In this document: piece by piece, positions 27,562 to 35,416 of the stretch | Position numbering within the stretch: the stretch's first letter is position 1 | Layout: each line of letters begins with the position of its first letter | IMG/VR virus record: IMGVR_UViG_3300032261_000561 | From: a virus | Reading direction: 5' to 3' (one strand) | DNA length: 64,000 nucleotides | Position numbers and translations under genes: made by a program | Notes under the pieces: model-generated | Seen by the model: only the letters and a program-made list of their open reading frames with translations | Told to the model about the DNA's origin: nothing | Database searches by the model: none

Positions 27562-27578
27562 TTTACCAATCAGGTAGT
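27562..27578. promoter_or_regulatory. Operator/promoter motif, copy 2 (TTTACC-AATCA-GGTAGT)
   Basis: Matches the five-copy motif. Confidence 0.6.
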
Positions 27579-27737
27579 TATATCTTTGCGACCGGCTTCC
27601 AGCTCGTCGGCCGTGCAAGTGGTGTCCCAGCACAGCACCTTGCAGTCCTCGTTGCCGCAGAACGCCTGTCGACCTTCGTCGAGGAGGAGGACGGGCGGCT
27701 GGTCACAGTAGGGACAATTGGGAGTGGGAACGCTCAT
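27570..27737 (-). CDS. Small Zn-finger protein
   Basis: CPYC...FCGNEDC. Confidence 0.6.
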   Translation of the reverse strand: MSVPTPNCPYCDQPPVLLLDEGRQAFCGNEDCKVLCWDTTCTADELEAGRKDITT

Positions 27738-27770
27738 CGCTCGGCCCTCCGCGCTACCCACATGCGCTCC

Positions 27771-28166
27771 TCAGACATCAGTTGGCGCCATCTGCTCGGG
27801 GCTGACCTCGACGTACTTCCATCGCTCGTTGATGTCGTCGTACCTCGGCTCCACGACGGTGCCGACGTCCAGCTCCTCGACCGCCTCGACGGTGCTCTGG
27901 ATGGCGTTCCAGACGATGGGCCCGCCCCAGCCGGTCTCCTTGCCTGCTTTGGCTGCCAGCTGGAACAGATCATCCCAGCTCACCTCGCGCTCAACCACCT
28001 TGGCCGTGGTCGTTGCCCGGTAGGTGGTGGTGCCTGAGATCGAGCGGTCGCAGCCGCAGCCGCCTGCGTTGCAGCAGACGGCGCCGAAGCTGGCCACGAT
28101 CTCGCCCTCGGGCACGTAGCAGAACTCGCCGTAGGGCACTTCCCCCGTGCTCACCAGTACTTTCAT
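27771..28166 (-). CDS. Cys-rich hypothetical protein resembling a conserved actinobacterial family
   Basis: MKVLV...EGEIV...C...CGC.R...G..T.RATTTA.V; GGAGACACAC RBS. Confidence 0.7.
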   Translation of the reverse strand: MKVLVSTGEVPYGEFCYVPEGEIVASFGAVCCNAGGCGCDRSISGTTTYRATTTAKVVEREVSWDDLFQLAAKAGKETGWGGPIVWNAIQSTVEAVEELDVGTVVEPRYDDINERWKYVEVSPEQMAPTDV

Positions 28167-28176
28167 GTGTGTCTCC

Positions 28177-28368
28177 TCATTTCTTCTCTTCCTTGCGCTC
28201 GATGCGCAACCAGGCGCTGTAGCCGAACCAGACCAGGGCTCCCAAATGGCTGGGCTCGACGAACCGGACGGCGATGTCGCCGTCGCTGTCGCACCGGGCC
28301 GATTCGACGACCCCGAAACCGAGAATCTCATCCCCCGGCCTGAGGTTGCGGGCCTCGACTCCGATCAT
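28177..28368 (-). CDS. Small hypothetical protein
   Basis: 63 aa; GGAGACACAC RBS. Confidence 0.65.
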   Translation of the reverse strand: MIGVEARNLRPGDEILGFGVVESARCDSDGDIAVRFVEPSHLGALVWFGYSAWLRIERKEEKK

Positions 28369-28571
28369 GCGTGTGTCTCCTTCCGGTAACGGGATCGATC
28401 CGACCAGTCGACGTCGACCCCGAGCTTGTGCAGGAAGTCGGCCAGCTCGGGACCGAGATCCTGGATGTGATACGCATCCCCGCCGCCGTTGTAGACGACG
28501 TGGGCCTCCCCGAAGTACTTCCAGAGGAAGTCTTCGATCGCGCAGATGTCGACCTGGGGGTGATCAGGCAT
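28365..28571 (-). CDS. Small hypothetical protein
   Basis: 68 aa; GGAGG RBS; coupled to neighbours. Confidence 0.65.
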   Translation of the reverse strand: MPDHPQVDICAIEDFLWKYFGEAHVVYNGGGDAYHIQDLGPELADFLHKLGVDVDWSDRSRYRKETHA

Positions 28572-28921
28572 CAGAACCTCGCCTCCCGTTCGTGGCCCTC
28601 GACCTGGATGCCCCGGTAGTAGTACACCGAACCCAGGCCCATGCTGTCCGAACTGGGAGGGCCCAGCTCGGCCATGGCCTCCTTGACCTCATCCAGACCG
28701 ACTTCGTCGTTCTCGTTCAGGCCCAGCAGCTGGGGTGCCAGCACCTCGGCCAGGGCCATCTGGAAGTCGGCGGGGCCGACCCCTCTGTCTACCGAGTAGC
28801 TCAGGCAGCTGGCGCCATACATGCCACGACCCGAATACTCGGGGCTAAGACGCTCGTCGAGGTCGATCAGCAGCATGCTGATCTTTTGGAACTGCGCCTC
28901 GCTTAGCAAGATCTTTGCCAT
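28571..28921 (-). CDS. Hypothetical phage protein
   Basis: YSGRGMYG.SC...DSMG...YYY pattern, recurrent in phages; GGAGACACAC RBS. Confidence 0.7.
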   Translation of the reverse strand: MAKILLSEAQFQKISMLLIDLDERLSPEYSGRGMYGASCLSYSVDRGVGPADFQMALAEVLAPQLLGLNENDEVGLDEVKEAMAELGPPSSDSMGLGSVYYYRGIQVEGHEREARF

Positions 28922-28954
28922 GTGTGTGTGTCTCCTTCCACTTCGTTGAACAGT

Positions 28955-29203
28955 TTACTCGTCAGGTGCATTCCGGCCGCGTATCTCGGCGCTGACACTC
29001 AGGGCCTGGACCAACGCCATGATCAGATCCCTGGTGGCCTGACCGTCCAGCTCGATCTCGGCGTACTCCTTGCCGATCTCGCTGGGTGCCTCGTCGACAG
29101 ACATCTGGATCTGGCCGTTTCCCATGGTCTTGACCACCACCGACTTACCGCCGAAGCGGACCTCGCTGACTTTGGACGCGATGAGACCTGAGTGAAATGG
29201 CAT
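28955..29203 (-). CDS. Small hypothetical protein
   Basis: 82 aa; TAATG overlap. Confidence 0.6.
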   Translation of the reverse strand: MPFHSGLIASKVSEVRFGGKSVVVKTMGNGQIQMSVDEAPSEIGKEYAEIELDGQATRDLIMALVQALSVSAEIRGRNAPDE

Positions 29204-29550
29204 TACTTTCCCTTCCTTCGATAGGCGGCGTAGGCCCGCCGCTGGGCCCCGGCACTGGCCAGGTGTGAAGCTGCTTCCCCGTGCCAGCCGACCGATCGGG
29301 CGATCTTGGCGCGGGTCATGAAATCATGCCAGCGCACGTAGCAACCGACGGCATGTCGGTCGGCGTCGCTGAGATCGGCCCACACCGGCCGGGTGTAGGG
29401 ATACTCGGGGGTGCCGTGGGTGCGCGCCCACATGGTGATCTCGTCCTTGGTGGGGCAGCGGTAGTACGGCATCCCGTTCTCGTTGAGGGGCTCCAAGAAG
29501 CCGTGATCATGCTTCTTGCCGTAGCCATGACGCTGGGCGGCTGTGGTCAT
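29203..29550 (-). CDS. Hypothetical protein
   Basis: Start at MTTAAQR (ATGA overlap). Confidence 0.6.
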   Translation of the reverse strand: MTTAAQRHGYGKKHDHGFLEPLNENGMPYYRCPTKDEITMWARTHGTPEYPYTRPVWADLSDADRHAVGCYVRWHDFMTRAKIARSVGWHGEAASHLASAGAQRRAYAAYRRKGK

Positions 29551-29774
29551 TCTTCGTCCTCTTTGGGAAAAGCCTCGGCCCACTCCTCAGCGGTAACCCC
29601 GGTCATGAGGAACTCGCGCTCATCAGCAGTCAGCTCGGGGAAAACCTCTTGGATATGCTTGCCCTTACCATTGGGGTTGAATCGCCAACACCGAGCCAAC
29701 CGCTCTTCGGTGACCGTCGGCAGGTCTATGGTGTGCTCGACGCCGGTGAATGCCGACTTGCGTGTGACCTTCAT
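29547..29774 (-). CDS. Small conserved phage protein
   Basis: IQEVFPELTADEREFLMTGVTAEEW pattern. Confidence 0.7.
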   Translation of the reverse strand: MKVTRKSAFTGVEHTIDLPTVTEERLARCWRFNPNGKGKHIQEVFPELTADEREFLMTGVTAEEWAEAFPKEDEE

Positions 29775-29792
29775 GTGTGTCTCTCTTCTAGG

Positions 29793-29806
29793 GGGCCCGA
29801 AGGCCC
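29793..29806 (-). other. C(UUCG)G tetraloop hairpin
   Basis: Minus strand GGGCC-TTCG-GGCCC in an intergenic gap. Confidence 0.6.
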
Positions 29807-29809
29807 GGG

Positions 29810-29947
29810 TTATTGCGCCTCGGACTCGACGTCGGGTGCGCCGTCAATGGCCAGCAGGTCTTGCCGGATGAACTCGGCGCGGGTGTCGCGTACGTTCCAC
29901 ACTTCGGTGCGGCCGTCCGCGAATTCGATGCTCACGATCGCGGTCAT
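29810..29947 (-). CDS. 45-aa hypothetical protein (MTAIVSIEFADGRTEVW...)
   Basis: Not in the ORF track; GGAGACACAC RBS. Confidence 0.6.
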   Translation of the reverse strand: MTAIVSIEFADGRTEVWNVRDTRAEFIRQDLLAIDGAPDVESEAQ

Positions 29948-29995
29948 GGTGTGTGTCTCCCTACCCTTATCTGCACCGCAGGCGCCTGATCTGTG

Positions 29996-30793
29996 TCAGG
30001 CGCCCAACAGCTCCTTCTCGTATTGCGCGCGCTGCGCCTCGACGAACCGCTCGAAGCGCTCGCGCTCGTTGCCCTTGACGTGGGCCCGCTCGACGGCCTC
30101 CTCGACGTCGGTCACCCCGTAGGCCATCGCCTGCGCGGCGCGGGCCTCGAAGTCGTCGACCTTGACGTGCCACAGGATCGTCTGTTGCTGACCCTGGTAT
30201 TCGCCGTGGTCCTTGACCTTCGCGCTCAAGATGACCGCCCGGTCACCGCGTTCCAGGCCGAACAGCGACTGGCTGGACCCCGAGATCTTGATGACCTGAC
30301 CGGCGTCACTCTCCGCGATGATGAACATCGACGGGGAACGGTTCCAGGCGCCCTCGTTGTACTTGGCGTAGCGAATGCTGACCGGGATGTTGGTGACCTT
30401 CTCACCGACCTTGCCCAGGAAGCCCTGGACCAGAGCAGCCCGGCGGGCAGCCTCGGCGTGCGCCTCGTCCCAATCCGCAGCGAACTCGGCCGCAGCCTTG
30501 GCGGCGTTGGCGACCTCGGCGGCTGACGCCTGCTCGGCGCGCAGCTCGTCGCCGTACTCGGCCCACAATGCGTCTTCCTTGGCCCTACGGCGCAAGGTGT
30601 TGACGCTGATGCCGTCGGGGTCCAGCTTGGCACCCATGCAGCGGTAGCAGACGCCGTGGTAGTGGCTGTAGATGCCCGAACCACCGCAGCGAACACAGGG
30701 GCTCGCCACGCGCTCCCAGCGATCCATGCCGGGGTGCGGGTCCTCGTACAGGTGAAGCTCGTAGCTCTTGCCGTTGTACTTCATTCTTGTCAT
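29996..30793 (-). CDS. Zn-finger plus OB-fold-like protein
   Basis: CVRCGGSG...CYRCMG; AKVKDHGEYQGQQQTIL OB-type strand; GGGAGG RBS. Confidence 0.7.
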   Translation of the reverse strand: MTRMKYNGKSYELHLYEDPHPGMDRWERVASPCVRCGGSGIYSHYHGVCYRCMGAKLDPDGISVNTLRRRAKEDALWAEYGDELRAEQASAAEVANAAKAAAEFAADWDEAHAEAARRAALVQGFLGKVGEKVTNIPVSIRYAKYNEGAWNRSPSMFIIAESDAGQVIKISGSSQSLFGLERGDRAVILSAKVKDHGEYQGQQQTILWHVKVDDFEARAAQAMAYGVTDVEEAVERAHVKGNERERFERFVEAQRAQYEKELLGA

Positions 30794-30824
30794 GTCGTTA
30801 CCTCCCTTCCACTGAGATGAACGA

Positions 30825-30841
30825 TTTACCTTACAGGTATA
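30825..30841. promoter_or_regulatory. Operator/promoter motif, copy 3 (TTTACC-TTACA-GGTATA)
   Basis: 30817-30845 nearly identical to 22293-22322. Confidence 0.7.
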
Positions 30842-30925
30842 TTCCTACGTGTGGTACGCGACCCGCTGTTCGCGGTCATACCTGATCCGGTTCCGGTGAG
30901 CGCGCCCCGTCATGCGTGCCATGTG

Positions 30926-31081
30926 TCATTTCTCCCGGTTGAGCTGCTTGTCGGTGATGCCCAACGCTTTTTGCAGTTTGGCAGCCTCTTCGGCCCGTCC
31001 TGGTTGCTGGTACATCCAGCGGATGTAGTTGATCTCTGCCTGACGCTCATAAGCCTGTATTCGCTTACGGATGCTGCCCAC
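30926..31081 (-). CDS. 51-aa hypothetical protein (MGSIRKRIQAYERQAEINY...)
   Basis: Not in the ORF track; GAGGAGACACC-GTG. Confidence 0.6.
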   Translation of the reverse strand: MGSIRKRIQAYERQAEINYIRWMYQQPGRAEEAAKLQKALGITDKQLNREK

Positions 31082-31101
31082 GGTGTCTCCTCACTTGGTA
31101 G

Positions 31102-31118
31102 TTTACCTGATAGGTTAA
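31102..31118. promoter_or_regulatory. Operator/promoter motif, copy 4 (TTTACC-TGATA-GGTTAA)
   Basis: Matches the motif; TTGACC lies 19 bp upstream of TAAACT on the minus strand. Confidence 0.65.
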
Positions 31119-31201
31119 TGTGGTGGTCAAAAAATTTGACGCACAAAAAATCGGGTTTTCATGCGCTGGGCTCGTTAGCTCTTTCCATTGACTGGAACGA
31201 G

Positions 31202-31218
31202 TTTACCCCCGGGGTTTA
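31202..31218. promoter_or_regulatory. Operator/promoter motif, copy 5 (TTTACC-CCCGG-GGTTTA)
   Basis: Flanked by GAACGAG and TTCC as in copy 1. Confidence 0.65.
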
Positions 31219-31251
31219 TTCCATGACATGTGATCCAGGGGTCCCGGGAGT

Positions 31252-31274
31252 TAGCTCGCTGCTCGGCCGAGCTA
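31252..31274 (-). terminator. Possible terminator hairpin at the end of the structural operon
   Basis: TAGCTCG/CGAGCTA inverted repeat just after the stop at 31283; no U-tract. Confidence 0.3.
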
Positions 31275-31282
31275 GTAGGCTC

Positions 31283-34200
31283 TCATTTAAGGTAATTCGG
31301 GACGAGCACGGCGCCATAAGCCCAGGCATTAGGGCTGAGGATGGCGGCCTGGCAGCTCACCTCGTTGACCGGCGTGGTGTTGGAGACGATCGCCAGCCCG
31401 GCGTAGCGCAGCGCGGTCACGTCGTGCAGGAAGTTGCCTTCGCCTCCTAACCTGGCAAAATAGCGAATTTGGGCTACATCCGTCCAGGCGTCGTTGAGAT
31501 AGAAGTCCCCGCCCGCGTCACCGGACACCCGCACTTCCAGGGTGTAGATCTGATCGGGCACATCGGGGATCTCGAAGAACGGGGTCTGCAGCAGGTACCA
31601 GAAGCCCGCGATCTTATCGGGGTTGAAGGTGTGCTGGTAGATGTAGACACCGTCGGACAGCCGCCGCAGCCGCAGGATGACCTGGTCCCCGTCGGCCACC
31701 GGCTTGAAGAACTGGCAGTTGAGCCGGGCCAATGCGTTGGGCACAAAGCCGGTCACCTGGCGGATGTTGACCCCGGCCTCGCCGTACCCGGCCGCCCGGG
31801 TGATGTGCAGCACCCGCTTACCGTTGTAGTTCATGTTGGGGTCGACGTTGATGGACACCACCGCGAACGGCTCGCCCCACACGATGGTGGGGTCGGCCCA
31901 CTTGGCGTTGTCGTCGCCCCAGGTACCCGACGGGACGGTGGAGGGATAGGTGCTGGTGTAGTAGGCCAACTTGGTGGAACTGATATTGGTGTCCAGCGGA
32001 TCCGCCTGGGCCCACATGTCGTCGGAGCGCACCGTGCCCGAGTCGGTGAACTCGAAGTTGACCTTGACGAAGGTGGAGCTGGTGATCAGGTCGGTAAAGA
32101 CGGTGCCTTCCACCACGTCGGTGGAGTTGATCAGCACGGTGTCGAACCAGAACTGCCCGGCCCCCGTGGTGGCCCCCACCACCAGCCCGATCTTTAGCTC
32201 GGTTGCGCCGTCAGGGATCTGGCCGTTGACGGTAACCAGCTGGCCGTGACCGGAGCCCCACAGGCTAGTGCCGGAGGCCGTAATGCTCGTGGTGTCCTGA
32301 TTCAGGAAGTTGCCGTCGGCGTCGTAGTAATTGGCCGCCAGCACCACCGGCGTGCCGGTGGTGACGTGCTGCCACTGCACCCATACGCTGAGCGCGAAGT
32401 TGGCACCGGGCGTGACCTCCGGCCAAGCGGTGACCAAGGCACTCAGCAGCTCCTTTTCGGTGCCGTCGGCGGTGACGGTGGCCGCGCCGTACTGGTATTT
32501 GCCCTGCCCCGGGTCGATCGACCAGCTGCCCTGCGCCTGGTCCCAGTTGTCCAGCGTGGTATCGAACAGGGGGTTCTGGATCTGATAGGTGATACCCGCC
32601 GTGGAGATCGGCCCGCTGGGCAGCTGGACGATGTTGTGGTAGAGCCACTGCTGGGGGTCGTACAGGGAGAACTTGAAGACGGGCGGATCCTGGGTGGCGA
32701 TGTAGCGGGTGACGAATGCGCTGACCTCGCGGACCCCGGCGAAGTAGGCGATCGCCGCGTCACGCACCGCCGTGCGGATGTCGTACTGGTGCACGCTGGT
32801 GGTCAGGAAGCGCAGCCGGTAGGTGGTAGCGGGCTTGCGGTTCAGCGCAGTCTGCAGCGCCTGCGTCAGCCCGGTCATCACGTTGGCGGCCAGCGCCAGG
32901 GTCTGACCGGGCACCACCCAGAAGTCGGTGCCCTGCAGGGGCAGCGACGTCGCGGAGGGGGTGAAGTTGATCAGCGTGTTAAAGGCGCCTGCGATATTGC
33001 CGACCACGTTGTTGATCAGCGGGTTGAGCACCTGCGAGCCGGTGTCATACAGCATGCTGTTGAGATTCTGGGAGGCCAGCACGGCGGTGTTGATCAGCTC
33101 GCGCCGGTAGATCCACGGCGAGGAGATCTCGTTGGTGTTGCCATAAGCTGAGGAGCCCACACTGTTGGGCACCGCCGGGACGGTGGAGGTGGTGTAGCCC
33201 GGGCCCACCTGGACGGTGATCGGGCTGACCGTCGAGTTGAAGATCGAGTTGACGGCGGCGGTGATCGAGTTGGCGTTGAGCCAGTTGACGCTGCCGATGC
33301 CGCCCCCGAGAATCTGCCCGGCCACCGCGAGGATGCCCGCGCTGATCGGCGGGGCGGTCTGGGTCTGGGTCACCGAGATCGGGAAGACCTGATACATCAC
33401 GTTGATGCCGGAGTCGTAGACCGGGTAGGGCTCCTCGGTCAGGTTGGTGAATTCCAGTTGCAGATAGCTGACCATCACCGGGTGCGGGAAGAAGTACTTG
33501 CCTTTCTGGGTGACGTAGTTGGCGAAGATCGGGGTCCAGATTTTGGACTCGTAGAAGCTGGCGTGCCCGCCACCGCACGGCATGTCCTGCAGCGTCCAGT
33601 CCACCGCCAGGATGGCGTCGTCCAGCGTGGTGGACGGCACCCTGCCGGTGTGGGGATCCGGCTGCACCGGATCGGGGTTGACGTAGACCGAGGGGTTCGC
33701 CTGGAAAGCCTGGTAGGAGTTGGTGTAGCTGTCCAGCTTGACCACTAGCGCGGTCATGACCCCCTGGAAATCCTTGTAACCCACCTCGCCGTCGAAGGTG
33801 ATCTTGGTGGGCAGGTTGGGAGCGGGCAGTGTGGTGTTGACCAGGCTGGTGCCGTCGGGCAGCACCACCGACAGGAAGACCTGCGGCACCGGACTGCTGT
33901 AGACCCACCCGGCCACGATGCGCAGCGGGATGTACGGTGCCGGGGGCGGGTAGAGGGACGCCGAGAAGAGGATCGGGGTTTCCCCGTTGGTGAATTCGAG
34001 CACCACTTCCAGGGCACCGCAGTCGAAGGAGAGCACGGGCCAGTACTGATCACCCCCGGCATTGGGCGGGAAGACCCCGGTCACGGTGGTGACCACCTTG
34101 ATGGTGGGCTGCGGGATGCCGGTCAGCGAGTCGGTGTACTGCAGCAGCGGCACCGGCTGCTGACCCAGCGCCCCGTAGAAGCTCGCCGCCCACGGGCCCC

Positions 34201-35401
34201 CGGCATTCCCGGTCACCATGATGTTGCCGATGCCCAGCAGGGATTCCAGGGCTGCCTGGATGTCGTCTCCGGTGGCGGTATCGGTCAGCGGGCCGGTGTA
34301 GTTGATGCCGTCGAGGCTCAGCGCGAACGAGCCGCCGGTCGCCGTGCCGTTGAGGGAGATCATCTGCACGGCGCTGATCCCCGGCGCGACACCGAACAGG
34401 GTGGGGTTGACCGGCGGCGCGTTAGTCACCGGGTCGAAGTTCGGTGTCCACACCACCCCGATCCACGCGGGCTGGCTGATCTGTGGCCCAACTGCCATGG
34501 GTACCACGTAGACACTGGTCTGACCGGGGTCGGAGATGTCGATCAGCCCGATCCCAGCCGTCCACTGGGTGTTCTCGTCGAGATCCGGCGGCAAGCTGAT
34601 CGGGCTCAACTTGCGGGTCCCCACCGTGTCGTCGGTCGAATAATAAACATTTAAATTCTGGTTGGTGTAGACGGGGTCCAGGTACAGCGTGTCGATTAGC
34701 TGCGGCGTGCCATCGGGGTTGCGGAAGTCCAGGTAGAGACTGACCACCGCGTCGGGGCCGGGCTGCGGAGAACACTTCCAGAAGGTGGTGGGCTTGTCGT
34801 CGATCGCATCGGGAGCGTCCCAGTCCTGGATGTATTTGGTGATAACGTTGCCCAGCGCGTCCTGCTCGGGCTCCATGGCCTGGGTGCCATCGTTGCGGGC
34901 GTAGATGTTGCGCCGGATCAGCCCGTTGCGCAACCCGATGTTGAACGGCCGGTTGCCCAACGTGAGATCGAGGTTACGGCTGATGCGGAACTGCACCGCC
35001 CGAGCCACGATCGGGTAGGTGTAGACGTGGTACTTGTACCAGGAAACCTCCTGGCTGGGCGCCAGCGTGATGGTCATCGGCTGGTAGTTCTCGTCCCGCA
35101 TCTGGATCCAGTTGTTGTTGCGATCCTTGTACCAGACGTTAAAGGTGCAGGCCACCCGCATGATCTCGATCGAGAACTCCCCGATGGACAGCGGCAGCTT
35201 GAAGTTGATGGTCAGGATCTCCTGGGTGGGGTCGCTGCTCGGCCGGGGCTGGGAGAACCACACTCGGGCCACCGGCAGGTCGGCCAGCTGCGGCACGTTG
35301 GGTGCGTACTGCTGGTTGGAGATCAGGTCGTTGAGCAGGTTCACCAGCGTCAGTGGCCAGTGGTAGTTCAGGTACATGCCGTCCAGGGCGCTACCGACCA
35401 T
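31283..35401 (-). CDS. Large baseplate/minor tail protein with carbohydrate-binding-like modules
   Basis: 1372 aa at the end of the baseplate cluster; IQNPLFDTTLDNW...FWFDTV resembles a CBM; ATGGSFALS...DIQAALESL module. Confidence 0.7.
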   Translation of the reverse strand: MVGSALDGMYLNYHWPLTLVNLLNDLISNQQYAPNVPQLADLPVARVWFSQPRPSSDPTQEILTINFKLPLSIGEFSIEIMRVACTFNVWYKDRNNNWIQMRDENYQPMTITLAPSQEVSWYKYHVYTYPIVARAVQFRISRNLDLTLGNRPFNIGLRNGLIRRNIYARNDGTQAMEPEQDALGNVITKYIQDWDAPDAIDDKPTTFWKCSPQPGPDAVVSLYLDFRNPDGTPQLIDTLYLDPVYTNQNLNVYYSTDDTVGTRKLSPISLPPDLDENTQWTAGIGLIDISDPGQTSVYVVPMAVGPQISQPAWIGVVWTPNFDPVTNAPPVNPTLFGVAPGISAVQMISLNGTATGGSFALSLDGINYTGPLTDTATGDDIQAALESLLGIGNIMVTGNAGGPWAASFYGALGQQPVPLLQYTDSLTGIPQPTIKVVTTVTGVFPPNAGGDQYWPVLSFDCGALEVVLEFTNGETPILFSASLYPPPAPYIPLRIVAGWVYSSPVPQVFLSVVLPDGTSLVNTTLPAPNLPTKITFDGEVGYKDFQGVMTALVVKLDSYTNSYQAFQANPSVYVNPDPVQPDPHTGRVPSTTLDDAILAVDWTLQDMPCGGGHASFYESKIWTPIFANYVTQKGKYFFPHPVMVSYLQLEFTNLTEEPYPVYDSGINVMYQVFPISVTQTQTAPPISAGILAVAGQILGGGIGSVNWLNANSITAAVNSIFNSTVSPITVQVGPGYTTSTVPAVPNSVGSSAYGNTNEISSPWIYRRELINTAVLASQNLNSMLYDTGSQVLNPLINNVVGNIAGAFNTLINFTPSATSLPLQGTDFWVVPGQTLALAANVMTGLTQALQTALNRKPATTYRLRFLTTSVHQYDIRTAVRDAAIAYFAGVREVSAFVTRYIATQDPPVFKFSLYDPQQWLYHNIVQLPSGPISTAGITYQIQNPLFDTTLDNWDQAQGSWSIDPGQGKYQYGAATVTADGTEKELLSALVTAWPEVTPGANFALSVWVQWQHVTTGTPVVLAANYYDADGNFLNQDTTSITASGTSLWGSGHGQLVTVNGQIPDGATELKIGLVVGATTGAGQFWFDTVLINSTDVVEGTVFTDLITSSTFVKVNFEFTDSGTVRSDDMWAQADPLDTNISSTKLAYYTSTYPSTVPSGTWGDDNAKWADPTIVWGEPFAVVSINVDPNMNYNGKRVLHITRAAGYGEAGVNIRQVTGFVPNALARLNCQFFKPVADGDQVILRLRRLSDGVYIYQHTFNPDKIAGFWYLLQTPFFEIPDVPDQIYTLEVRVSGDAGGDFYLNDAWTDVAQIRYFARLGGEGNFLHDVTALRYAGLAIVSNTTPVNEVSCQAAILSPNAWAYGAVLVPNYLK

Positions 35402-35416
35402 CGTGCTCCCCCGTCA

